Origin: an uncultured Pseudomonadota bacterium
GTDB lineage: Bacteria; Oederibacteriota; Muellerivitia; Muellerivitales; Muellerivitaceae
Assembly: GCA_963843375.1 (NCBI GenBank)
Contig: CAWJKT010000010.1
Span: 64,001-128,000, forward strand
DNA length: 64,000 nucleotides
Direction of reading: 5' to 3'
Under the pieces are notes generated by a model. The model did no database searches, was not told where the DNA came from, and was given only the letters and a program-made list of their open reading frames with translations. Shown here piece after piece: positions 9,588-18,149 of this stretch. Each line of letters begins with the position of its first letter. The first letter of the stretch is position 1. A program made the translations under genes and the position numbers.

Positions 9588-10255
9588 GCGAGCGTTACGC
9601 CTGGGAAAAGCCATTTTTCAAAAATCGTAATGAAGCGGCCGAACTTTTGTCCGGAAGGTTGGCCGACCACAAAGGGCAAAATCCCTTGGTGTTGGCCATT
9701 CCTCGTGGTGCGGTGCCGATGGGTCGGATCATTGCGGATGATTTGGGCGGGGAATTGGACATTGTTCTAGTTCATAAGGTTGGTTCGCCCAACAATCCCG
9801 AATTAGCCTTAGGAGCGGTCGGGGAAAACGGTGAATTTTACGAGGCCCCTTTTGCGCGATCCTTGGGTTTTTCAGAAGAAACGCTTCAAAAAGAAATCCA
9901 TATTCAAACCGAAGCCTTAAAACAAAAACGAAAGCTTTATTTGTCTGATCGCCCCCTCTACAACGCGGAAGGACGAGTTGTTATTTTGCTGGATGACGGG
10001 ATTGCCACGGCTTCCACAATAATGGCCGGAATCCGTGACCTGCGTCGGCAAGGGCCCTTGAAGGTTGTGGTGGCCGCGCCTGTGGCCCCTCCCGAGGCGG
10101 TTAATATCATCCGGCAGGAAGCCGATGAGGTTGTGATATTGACCGTCCAAACCGATTTTGCGGTGATAAGTGAATTTTTCGAGGACTTCCGGCAGGTTAG
10201 TGACGAAGAGGTAAAACGGTGTCTTGAAAACACAGCGACGTTCCCTGGAAAATAA
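9584..10255 (+). CDS. Phosphoribosyltransferase-family protein 2
   Basis: FKNRNEAA, LAIPRGAVP, ILLDDGIATAST; ATGA overlap with the upstream paralogue. Confidence 0.85.
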   Translation: MSERYAWEKPFFKNRNEAAELLSGRLADHKGQNPLVLAIPRGAVPMGRIIADDLGGELDIVLVHKVGSPNNPELALGAVGENGEFYEAPFARSLGFSEETLQKEIHIQTEALKQKRKLYLSDRPLYNAEGRVVILLDDGIATASTIMAGIRDLRRQGPLKVVVAAPVAPPEAVNIIRQEADEVVILTVQTDFAVISEFFEDFRQVSDEEVKRCLENTATFPGK

Positions 10256-10317
10256 TATATATCTTTCCCGATTTTTAAAGACTTGAAGCTGAAATTATTT
10301 GGATAAGTTTTTTAGAT

Positions 10318-10998
10318 TTATCGTCCCTGTTGATAGAGATAGGCGGCGATATTTTTAATTTGATCCTGGGTTAAAATCCCCTTGAAACTTTTCATCTTAG
10401 TGCCCGAATTCAACTGGGCGGGATCGCTGATGTAATCCATGAGGAATCCCATATCCCTGTATTTACTTTCTTGGGAAAGATCATTCGAAAAGGCGCCGGT
10501 TTCATTGAGACTGTGGCATGCGCCGCATTGTTCGTTGAATAGCCCGGCTGCCTGAGGTGTGAAAGTATAACCGCCCAAACTATTCATATAAGCAACGAGG
10601 GCTCGGATCTGACTGTCCTTTAGGTTCATCTGGGCCATTTTCGTGCTGGGTGTAATGGCTTTCGGATGTCGGAAATGATCGGCCAACCATTCCTTAGTTC
10701 GCCTAAATCCCACATTGTCCAAGGTCGGTCCAACGGTTCCGCCCTTGCCCTTGAGACTATGACAATAAGAACATCTCAAATCGGCGTACAGCATCTTGCC
10801 ATTTGAAACCAGGGGATCTTTTTTAACTGAGGAATTTGCCGGGGTAAGCGTGGCTATTGGACTGGCGGAGGCTTGGAAGAGGAATAACCAGCTTAAACTG
10901 AAAGCAGTCCAAGACCAACCCCTGAGGAATATCTCTTTGTCGGTATCCATTGATTCATCCTGATTAACGCCAAAAGTTTGGTTAAGGCTAATCGGCAA
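10318..10998 (-). CDS. Di-heme c-type cytochrome
   Basis: CSYCH and CGACH motifs with downstream Met ligands (TKMAQM, TKMKSF); hydrophobic N-terminal segment. Confidence 0.85.
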   Translation of the reverse strand: MPISLNQTFGVNQDESMDTDKEIFLRGWSWTAFSLSWLFLFQASASPIATLTPANSSVKKDPLVSNGKMLYADLRCSYCHSLKGKGGTVGPTLDNVGFRRTKEWLADHFRHPKAITPSTKMAQMNLKDSQIRALVAYMNSLGGYTFTPQAAGLFNEQCGACHSLNETGAFSNDLSQESKYRDMGFLMDYISDPAQLNSGTKMKSFKGILTQDQIKNIAAYLYQQGR

Positions 10999-11239
10999 TT
11001 CTTTTTGAAGGGACTAGCAAGAAAATACCCGCTAGAACCCAAAGGTCAAAGGCGGTCATGAAAAAGCAATAAATGACTGTAACCCATGCGAAAAGTGGGC
11101 GCTGGTCCCACAAGTCATTCCAGGACTGCAGGAGGGTATAGTCGGATAATTGGGAAAGGCTTAAAAGACCAGCGGCTACCATGGCGGTTCCCATTAAAGT
11201 CAACGAACCCATCGTGGCTAGAATTTGTGTTTTATTCAT
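10988..11239 (-). CDS. Small two-TM hypothetical membrane protein
   Basis: Strong SD AAGGAGGA, two hydrophobic helices, overlaps the cytochrome c start. Confidence 0.7.
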   Translation of the reverse strand: MNKTQILATMGSLTLMGTAMVAAGLLSLSQLSDYTLLQSWNDLWDQRPLFAWVTVIYCFFMTAFDLWVLAGIFLLVPSKRIAD

Positions 11240-11330
11240 GGAATCCTCCTTGCCAACTTTTTTCTTTCGGTGATGAAAGCATTTATCACGAATTTCGATT
11301 TTAAATTACTCCCAATCTTCGTGCCGAAAG

Positions 11331-11344
11331 ATGATTTCTGTCAT
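11331..11344. promoter_or_regulatory. Crp/Fnr-type box ATGA-tttctg-TCAT
   Basis: Upstream of the cytochrome c operon; TAATTT on the minus strand from 11308 (29.5 nt). Confidence 0.7.
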
Positions 11345-11478
11345 GTTTGGGATATTATTTATATCCGTAAATAAAAAAAGACCAAACTCCATCCGGAGTT
11401 GACCTTTTTTAAGGAGACTCGGGACTTTGTTGAGTTGGCAGCTGAAAGTCCCTTTTAAAATTCGAGTTAATTTTTTCC

Positions 11479-12591
11479 TTATGCCCTAATTGCAACCATT
11501 TCGGCTGGAATGTATGAACAAAAAGGATCGGCTCCCATTATATCCCCGGTCAGGGCATAAGCTCTGGCTCTGGACCCTCCGCAAAGACGACGGTATTCAC
11601 ATTTTCCGCACTTCCCATTTAGGGAGTCGGTATCCCGCAATTTTTGAAAGAGCGGGCTTTCCCGATAAATTCCGTCCAACGGCTGGTCCTTCACGTTGCC
11701 TGCCGAAAGGGGTAGAAAACCGCTGGGACAAACATCCCCTTTATGAGATATAAAAACAAAGCCCCGGCCATCACCCACGCCCCGCGAGGTTCTTTGAAGG
11801 ACCGGGTCAGGGCGGAGGGTTAAGGCTTCCGGTAGCTCATCGGGTGTTATGCCATAACTCTGGAGGATCACCCGGCGGAAATGGTGGGCTTCGGTGGTTT
11901 TGACATCGAACCATCCCTGCTTAAGAATGTCATAAAGCTGCTTCAATACTTTTTCTGTCTCGGGGGCAGTTAAGGTTTGGTTCTTTTGGGCTCTTCCGGT
12001 TGGCACTAAAAAAAAGACCGACCAAAGGTCGATGGAAAATCGCCGGATGAGCTGGGCTATTTCCCAAACTTGGAACTTGTTATGCCGGCCGATCGTGGTG
12101 TTGATCTGAAGGTGCATTCCTAATTCCCGGATTGTTTGGGACGCCTCAAGGACCCGGTCAAAGGTGCCGGGGATACCGCGGAAAAGATCGTGTGTGACTG
12201 CGTTGGCACCATCCAGAGAAAGGGAAATCCGTTGAAGACCTTCATCCCGTAATTCCTCCAGGCGTTCCCTAGTTAACAAGGGGGTCACAGAAGGAGCCAA
12301 GGCAAAGTTCATCTTTCGTTGCGTGCATTCCCTGACCAGAAGGGTCAAATCCGGCCGTTTCAAAGGGTCCCCCCCTGTCATTACAAAAAGGGGGACACCC
12401 CAGTCCGCCAGTTGGTGGATCAAATCTAATGCTTGCCTTGTGTCAAGTTCATCGGGATAAATTTGGGATTGGGCCTCGGCCCGGCAATGGACGCAGGCCA
12501 AATCGCAAGCCCTTGTTGTTTCCCAAATGGCGATATAGGGTCGGTCGGCATGTCGGGCTGTTGGTTTTTGGGGCGCAGAGATTTTTTCCAT
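11479..12591 (-). CDS. Radical SAM/SPASM protein (TIGR04053 / AhbD-NirJ-like, heme-synthesis associated)
   Basis: WETTRACDLACVHCRA, TGGDPL, PSGFLP, GKCGKCEYRRLCGGSRARAYA...DPFC. Confidence 0.85.
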   Translation of the reverse strand: MEKISAPQKPTARHADRPYIAIWETTRACDLACVHCRAEAQSQIYPDELDTRQALDLIHQLADWGVPLFVMTGGDPLKRPDLTLLVRECTQRKMNFALAPSVTPLLTRERLEELRDEGLQRISLSLDGANAVTHDLFRGIPGTFDRVLEASQTIRELGMHLQINTTIGRHNKFQVWEIAQLIRRFSIDLWSVFFLVPTGRAQKNQTLTAPETEKVLKQLYDILKQGWFDVKTTEAHHFRRVILQSYGITPDELPEALTLRPDPVLQRTSRGVGDGRGFVFISHKGDVCPSGFLPLSAGNVKDQPLDGIYRESPLFQKLRDTDSLNGKCGKCEYRRLCGGSRARAYALTGDIMGADPFCSYIPAEMVAIRA

Positions 12592-12664
12592 TTGGGACTT
12601 CCATTTTTTGAAAGTTTATAAATATAGGTCCTAAGAACTTTAATGGAATCAAGAGACCAGAAGT

Positions 12665-12678
12665 ATGATTCTGCTCAT
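12665..12678. promoter_or_regulatory. Crp/Fnr-type box TATGA-ttctgc-TCATA
   Basis: Between divergent radical SAM and NMO genes; TAAAGT on the minus strand from 12642 (29.5 nt); TTAAAT at 12702 (+). Confidence 0.75.
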
Positions 12679-12787
12679 AAAGGGTTTAAGGGGAATGGTT
12701 GTTAAATAGGTCTTTGTTTAAGCACGTTATTCTGAAGGACGGTTTTTGAACAAACCTGTTCTTTTTCCGAATTCAAAAGGGGTTTTA

Positions 12788-14236
12788 ATGACTGAACCAA
12801 TGATTATCCAGGGTGGTATGGGAGTAGCAGTTTCCAATTGGAGACTAGCCCGAGCGGTTTCCAAAACCGGACAACTGGGGGTGGTATCCGGAACAGCCCT
12901 GGAAAACGTCCTAGCCCGCCGGCTTCAATTGGGGGACCAGGATGGTTCCGTTCGTCTGGCTTTGGATCATTTCCCGAATCCGACCATCGCCCGGAAGATT
13001 TTGGAAAGTTATTTCATACAAGGAGGGAAAACGAAAGGTGTCCCTTTCAAAAGTACGCACATGTTTTCCCTGAAATCGCCGCGGGAGTTAGTGGAGTTAA
13101 CTGTTGCGGCTAATTTCGTCGAGGTTTTTCTGGCTAAATTGGGACATCAGGGTCTGGTGGGAGTCAACTACCTGGAGAAAATACAACTTCCAACTTTGCC
13201 ATCACTCTATGGCGCGCTTTTGGCCGGAGTGGATTATGTTCTCATGGGGGCGGGAATTCCTCGCTCCATTCCCGCATTACTTGATCAATTGGTTTTACAC
13301 CAAGAAGTTTCATTAAAAGTTCAAGTTCAAGGTGCGGCTCCGGAGGATGATTATCGGGTATCTTTCGATCCCAAGGATGTTTTGGAATTCCCTGGAACTC
13401 CTTTGAAACGCCCCAAGTTCATCGCCATCGTCTCTTCGGAGATTCTAGCCATTACCTTGGCCAAGAAATCCACCGGGAAGATTGATGGATTTGTTATCGA
13501 AAATCCAAGCGCGGGCGGACACAACGCCCCGCCAAGGGGACCCCTCCATTTGAATGAAAAAGGTGAACCCCTTTATGGACCCAAAGATAAAGTGGATTTA
13601 GGTGCCTTCCGAAACCTAGCACTGCCTTTTTGGTTGGCTGGATCCTGCGCCGATCCCCAAAAACTCGTGGATGCGATTTCCCAAGGCGCCAACGGCATCC
13701 AAGTAGGAACCGTATTCGCCTATTGCGAGGAATCAGGGCTTATGGATCGAATCAAGCGGAAGGTTTTTACAAAAACCTTGAAGGGGGAGGAAGAGGTTTT
13801 TACCGATCCTGTGGCGTCTCCAACCGGTTTTCCTTTTAAGATTGTACGATTGGAGGGAACCATTTCGGAAAAAGAAGAATATAGGGATCGTCCAAGGACT
13901 TGTGATTTGGGTTATCTCAGAACGGTTTATAAACGAAAAGATGGAACGGTAGGCTATCGTTGCCCCGGGGAACCAAAGGAAATCTATCTTCAAAAAGAAG
14001 GAAAAGAAGAGGAGATGGATGGCCGCAAATGTATCTGCAACGGATTGATGGCCGGAATTGGATTAGGACAGGAACATAGAAATGGTTACCAGGAAAAACC
14101 GCTTGTGACTTCAGGCGACGATTTGGCCCGGATTGCCTCGATTCTTAAAGGGGATTATCTTTCATACACGGCTTCAGACGTTATTCGATACTTACTGAGT
14201 GCTTTAGGGGCTGGATTTGAACCCATGCCAACGTAA
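12788..14236 (+). CDS. Nitronate monooxygenase-family flavoprotein
   Basis: IIQGGMGVAVS, LMGAGIP, AGGHNAPPRG, GIQVGT, CDLGYL, CICNGL. Confidence 0.85.
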   Translation: MTEPMIIQGGMGVAVSNWRLARAVSKTGQLGVVSGTALENVLARRLQLGDQDGSVRLALDHFPNPTIARKILESYFIQGGKTKGVPFKSTHMFSLKSPRELVELTVAANFVEVFLAKLGHQGLVGVNYLEKIQLPTLPSLYGALLAGVDYVLMGAGIPRSIPALLDQLVLHQEVSLKVQVQGAAPEDDYRVSFDPKDVLEFPGTPLKRPKFIAIVSSEILAITLAKKSTGKIDGFVIENPSAGGHNAPPRGPLHLNEKGEPLYGPKDKVDLGAFRNLALPFWLAGSCADPQKLVDAISQGANGIQVGTVFAYCEESGLMDRIKRKVFTKTLKGEEEVFTDPVASPTGFPFKIVRLEGTISEKEEYRDRPRTCDLGYLRTVYKRKDGTVGYRCPGEPKEIYLQKEGKEEEMDGRKCICNGLMAGIGLGQEHRNGYQEKPLVTSGDDLARIASILKGDYLSYTASDVIRYLLSALGAGFEPMPT

Positions 14237-14292
14237 CAGTTTTTAATTAGTTTTCCAAAATCCGAAATCCTTTCGACTGTAAAGCTACGATT

Positions 14293-15345
14293 TTATGATA
14301 TTAATGGCTTTTGGGCTGTAGCTTCTCTCCACAATTGGGCCAAGGCGCTTCCAAAACTTTTTCTTACGACTAAGGGATAAGGATTGCCGGGTGGCAATTG
14401 ACGCATGAGCCTTCGGTGAGTCTCGCCAAGGTTGTGATAGGGCATACCGGGAAAAAGATGATGCGTAGCGTGGAACCTAAGACCCACAGGAGCCCAAAGC
14501 GGGGTGGAATAAGGATTGCCAGGAATGTCGATGGAATCAAGGAATTGCTCCGAAAAACTCATTTCGTGGTTTGGAGGATTACGGTAACAATGAGCTACCA
14601 GAGTGCGTAACCCGTTAGTGAAAAGAATAAAAACCGCCGTCAGATACCAAAGAATTAGAACCTTCCAAGGCAGGATTCTCAGAGTCATCAGGGTTATCCC
14701 GGTAGTGCCATAGGCGAAAGTCAGAAATTCCTGGACCCACCAAATCCGTTTTTCTTTTTTATCCGGCAGGGCCCTTTTGAAACCACCGCCAACCGCCAAG
14801 GAAGAAGCCAATTCCCAAAGGGGTTTCCTCAAAGACTGGATGATATAGGAGAGGGGAGTGGCGATTAGGAATCGCAGAAGAAACACTGCGGGGGCCAGGA
14901 ACATGGTTAGCAAAAAGGTCAATATCCGGAATGGGTTTTCCAGGGCGAAGTCAAAATACTCGTGATCGTCCTTTGTCCCGTAAAGCTTTTGTTTGTGATG
15001 ATCAATATGCACTCCCATGTAAAGCATGGAGGGAACCATGAGGGGAAAGCCGCACAGCAGATTCCAAACTACGTGGAATATTCGAAAAGTTCCTTTTTTT
15101 AAGTGAGTTAGTTCGTGCACGAAAATAACCGCCCGGTAGAGAGCAAAGCCAGCCACAAAAAATGCGCCTATTTGAAACAATGAAAAATTATTGGATTTTA
15201 TCGCCAGGATAAAAGCTGTCCATCCCAAGGCAACGTTGAATAAGAAATCAATCCAATATATCCAAGGATTGGGGTTGAAAAGATCTTGAGTGATTCGCTT
15301 GGCATCGGCCATGGGGAAATCAATGGTTGGAGTTTTAAGAACCAT
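14293..15345 (-). CDS. Membrane fatty-acid desaturase-family protein
   Basis: His boxes HELTH, HIDHH, HATHH; SD AGGAG before ATG 15345. Confidence 0.85.
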   Translation of the reverse strand: MVLKTPTIDFPMADAKRITQDLFNPNPWIYWIDFLFNVALGWTAFILAIKSNNFSLFQIGAFFVAGFALYRAVIFVHELTHLKKGTFRIFHVVWNLLCGFPLMVPSMLYMGVHIDHHKQKLYGTKDDHEYFDFALENPFRILTFLLTMFLAPAVFLLRFLIATPLSYIIQSLRKPLWELASSLAVGGGFKRALPDKKEKRIWWVQEFLTFAYGTTGITLMTLRILPWKVLILWYLTAVFILFTNGLRTLVAHCYRNPPNHEMSFSEQFLDSIDIPGNPYSTPLWAPVGLRFHATHHLFPGMPYHNLGETHRRLMRQLPPGNPYPLVVRKSFGSALAQLWREATAQKPLIS

Positions 15346-15384
15346 GGGTGCTCCTGGCGGCACAATTTAAAACAAAGGTTCTTA

Positions 15385-15412
15385 TCCCAATATGATCCAA
15401 ATCATATTGGGA
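15385..15412. promoter_or_regulatory. Crp/Fnr-type box (core 15392-15405) inside a palindrome with perfect 12-bp arms; bidirectional
   Basis: TCCCAATATGAT-ccaa-ATCATATTGGGA; TATACT at 15428 (+) and TAAATT from 15369 (-), both 29.5 nt. Confidence 0.8.
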
Positions 15413-15483
15413 CGGTTAGTTTCTTTTTATACTTGCTTCACTTTCAAATAGTTCTGGTTCTTTTCTTAGGAGGTATTCGTACT

Positions 15484-15783
15484 ATGTCCTCGAAATCGGT
15501 AACCATGAATCACGGCTTTGTTTTTTCATCATTGGTAGTTTTGGTGTTTTGTTCCGTGGGTGTAAGCCTCCTGCATCTTTCTCCCGCAATCAATAATTTG
15601 GTTATTTTCGCCATAGCTTTTTTTATGGCTGCGCTTGTTGCGCTCCAATACATGGGATTACGGTTAGAGGGTCCTCTCGTTGTGTGGCTTGTCATCATAC
15701 CCTCGGTTCTCTTCGTCATAGTCGTGGTCCTCATGATGCCGGATGTCGCCCATGTGCGGGTGGATTTCCTTCGAAAGCTTTGA
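15484..15783 (+). CDS. Cytochrome c oxidase subunit IV-like small membrane protein
   Basis: SD AGGAGG; three TM helices; ALVALQYMGLRLE resembles the subunit IV FMHL motif. Confidence 0.6.
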   Translation: MSSKSVTMNHGFVFSSLVVLVFCSVGVSLLHLSPAINNLVIFAIAFFMAALVALQYMGLRLEGPLVVWLVIIPSVLFVIVVVLMMPDVAHVRVDFLRKL

Positions 15784-15986
15784 GATGAAACTGGGTGGGG
15801 AGAATATTTTTCATCCTAAAGACGGCAGTTTTGCCGACTGCGAAGGATTTTCCTATGAAGGCGACTGTTCTAATATCTTTTCTCCTCCTTTTCGCGATTC
15901 TTGGCTTGCGATGGTTGAACCGGATTTTGAAACCCGTTTTTCCGCCCTTCTGAAAAGAATATTAAAAACAATTTAAAGGAGCAGTT

Positions 15987-16808
15987 ATGCCGACCGCCGA
16001 AATAAATAAGCAAATGGAGATTACCGAAAAATCAGAGGGATTAGACAAGCCCAGCGCCAAAACATGGGACGGACTTTCCCGAATGGCTTTCGCCGCCAAT
16101 TGGGATCCGGAAACGGCAGTAAATTGGAACCTACCCATCGAGTTGGGAAACGTTCGTGAAGGGTGGATCAATATCCTTCATTATTTTTACGAAGGCGAAT
16201 GGCAGGGGTTGGAAATCATTCAACGCCTCATGAACAAGGCGGCCCACTTATTTAACAAACCCGAGATGGTCACCTACTATTCCACCCAATGCTCGGATGA
16301 AGCAAAACACCTCCTGGTTTTCCGGAAATACCTTTATAAATTGAACTCGCCACCGGCTCGACAAAAAGTTTTTGACATTCTGGTTTGGTTGGCTACCAGC
16401 GGACCTTTGCCAGTAGAGCGATGGATATTAGGGACCTATTTTACCGAGACCATGGCCGGTGCCATTTTCCAGAAAACGCTGGAACTTCCCGCCATTGATC
16501 CTACCGGCAAGGAAATGATTCGGCTCCAACTTAAAGACGAATCCAGGCATATCGCCGGCACTAAACTGGGAGTTCAAACCCTGATGGATCATTGCGGGCC
16601 TATCAAGACCTGGATTTTAAAGGCTTGGTGGAAATTATTCGTGAAACTGGCGGTGAAGGAAGTCCGTGCCTTGAAACCTTACGGGGATCAGGTGGGAATG
16701 GACCCGGAATACATTCTCCACAAGTGTTTTTCTAAGATGGCCGAAATGAAGGAATTTGAACAAAAATTCCTTACTTTTTCCCAGGCCCAATACTTTTTAA
16801 GAAACTGA
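15987..16808 (+). CDS. Ferritin-like di-iron carboxylate protein
   Basis: YEGE...DEAKH...TE...DESRH (two ExxH motifs). Confidence 0.75.
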   Translation: MPTAEINKQMEITEKSEGLDKPSAKTWDGLSRMAFAANWDPETAVNWNLPIELGNVREGWINILHYFYEGEWQGLEIIQRLMNKAAHLFNKPEMVTYYSTQCSDEAKHLLVFRKYLYKLNSPPARQKVFDILVWLATSGPLPVERWILGTYFTETMAGAIFQKTLELPAIDPTGKEMIRLQLKDESRHIAGTKLGVQTLMDHCGPIKTWILKAWWKLFVKLAVKEVRALKPYGDQVGMDPEYILHKCFSKMAEMKEFEQKFLTFSQAQYFLRN

Positions 16809-16810
16809 TA

Positions 16811-18133
16811 ATGAAAGCCGCGTCCTTACCGGAAAGTTTTTTCAAGTTGACAAGCCAGATTACCCGTTGGTTTCCAAAAAAGGGGGCGAAAGCCCTGAAT
16901 AATGTTCTTTTTCCAATCCTGGGTAATCAATGGCTGGTGGATTCCTTTCGAAGGGCCAACCAAAAGAAGTTAAAAAAACTATCCTCTTTCAACCATCTTT
17001 TGGTGATTTCGGACATCCATATCGGTGATGCGGTTTTGATCCAAACGGCGGTTTCAGCCCTGCGGGATTTTTTTCCGAGTGCCCGGATCGATTATATGAT
17101 TAAAAAATCCGCTTCCTGTCTCTTGGAAGGCCATCCGGAAATCTCGGAGTTGTGGCCAGTTTTCATAGGGGCCCGGTTTCCTATCGAATCGGACATTCAA
17201 AACGTCCAAGAAATGTCGGTGGAGTATGACGCGGTTTTTAATTTTAGTCCCTTTCTCAATGCGAATTGCTTTCCGGAAGGATCGAACGTTTTTCATTTCA
17301 TGACTTACGCAGCCGATTTCGCCCAGAATGAATGGAAAGGAACGGGGATTAACCATATTTCCTATCAAGTCCATAGGTTTATTTATGATTTGTTTCATCC
17401 CTTGTTCTCGCTTAACAGGGCCCGCCAGTTTGAAGGCCCGGCTTTATTTCTTTCACCGCAGGCCATTGGGGAAGCCCGAGACTTCATTGAACAAACAACC
17501 GGTTCGGAAATGAAACCGATTGTTTTTTTGAATCCGGAAACAGCATCCCCCTTTACCCAGATTCCCATGATTTATCAACGGGAGCTTCTTCAGGGATTGT
17601 TGGAATTACCTTGCCGAATTCTCGTGGGGGAGGGGCATGTCCATCGGGAACTAACGGAACAACTACAGTTCTCGGTCCCAATTTGGCAAAGGAAGCGAAT
17701 CGCAATTGTTCCTGCTAGCATGTCCTTGGATGCCTATGCGGCCCTTATTGATTGGAGCAATATCTTCGTTTCAGGGGATACGGGTCCATTGCACATGGCC
17801 GCTGCTTGGAAAAAAGATCGAAGTGGACAATATTCCTTTCGAAACCAGACCTCAGTCCTTAGCGTCTTTGGGGCGACTCCCCCGAGATTGTCGGGATATG
17901 ATTCCTTCCGTTGGGAATTTTTGGAAGCGGAACAAAAAGCTTGGTCCCATGTCTATCAATCCGAAAGTTCCTGCCGAAACATAACTTGCATGCATAAAAT
18001 GGGAAAAGCCTGTAACGCCAAAGGTTGCTTTCAGTCCCTGGACACGGAAAAAATTCTTTCCGATATCAAAGACATTCTCCAAGAGCTATCGTTATCTTCT
18101 TCGAAAATGGAAAGCGTCTCTTCGAAAACATGA
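16811..18133 (+). CDS. Glycosyltransferase family 9 protein
   Basis: HIGDAVL and FVSGDTGPLHMAAA motifs. Confidence 0.8.
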   Translation: MKAASLPESFFKLTSQITRWFPKKGAKALNNVLFPILGNQWLVDSFRRANQKKLKKLSSFNHLLVISDIHIGDAVLIQTAVSALRDFFPSARIDYMIKKSASCLLEGHPEISELWPVFIGARFPIESDIQNVQEMSVEYDAVFNFSPFLNANCFPEGSNVFHFMTYAADFAQNEWKGTGINHISYQVHRFIYDLFHPLFSLNRARQFEGPALFLSPQAIGEARDFIEQTTGSEMKPIVFLNPETASPFTQIPMIYQRELLQGLLELPCRILVGEGHVHRELTEQLQFSVPIWQRKRIAIVPASMSLDAYAALIDWSNIFVSGDTGPLHMAAAWKKDRSGQYSFRNQTSVLSVFGATPPRLSGYDSFRWEFLEAEQKAWSHVYQSESSCRNITCMHKMGKACNAKGCFQSLDTEKILSDIKDILQELSLSSSKMESVSSKT

Positions 18134-18149
18134 CATCTGGAACTTCGGT

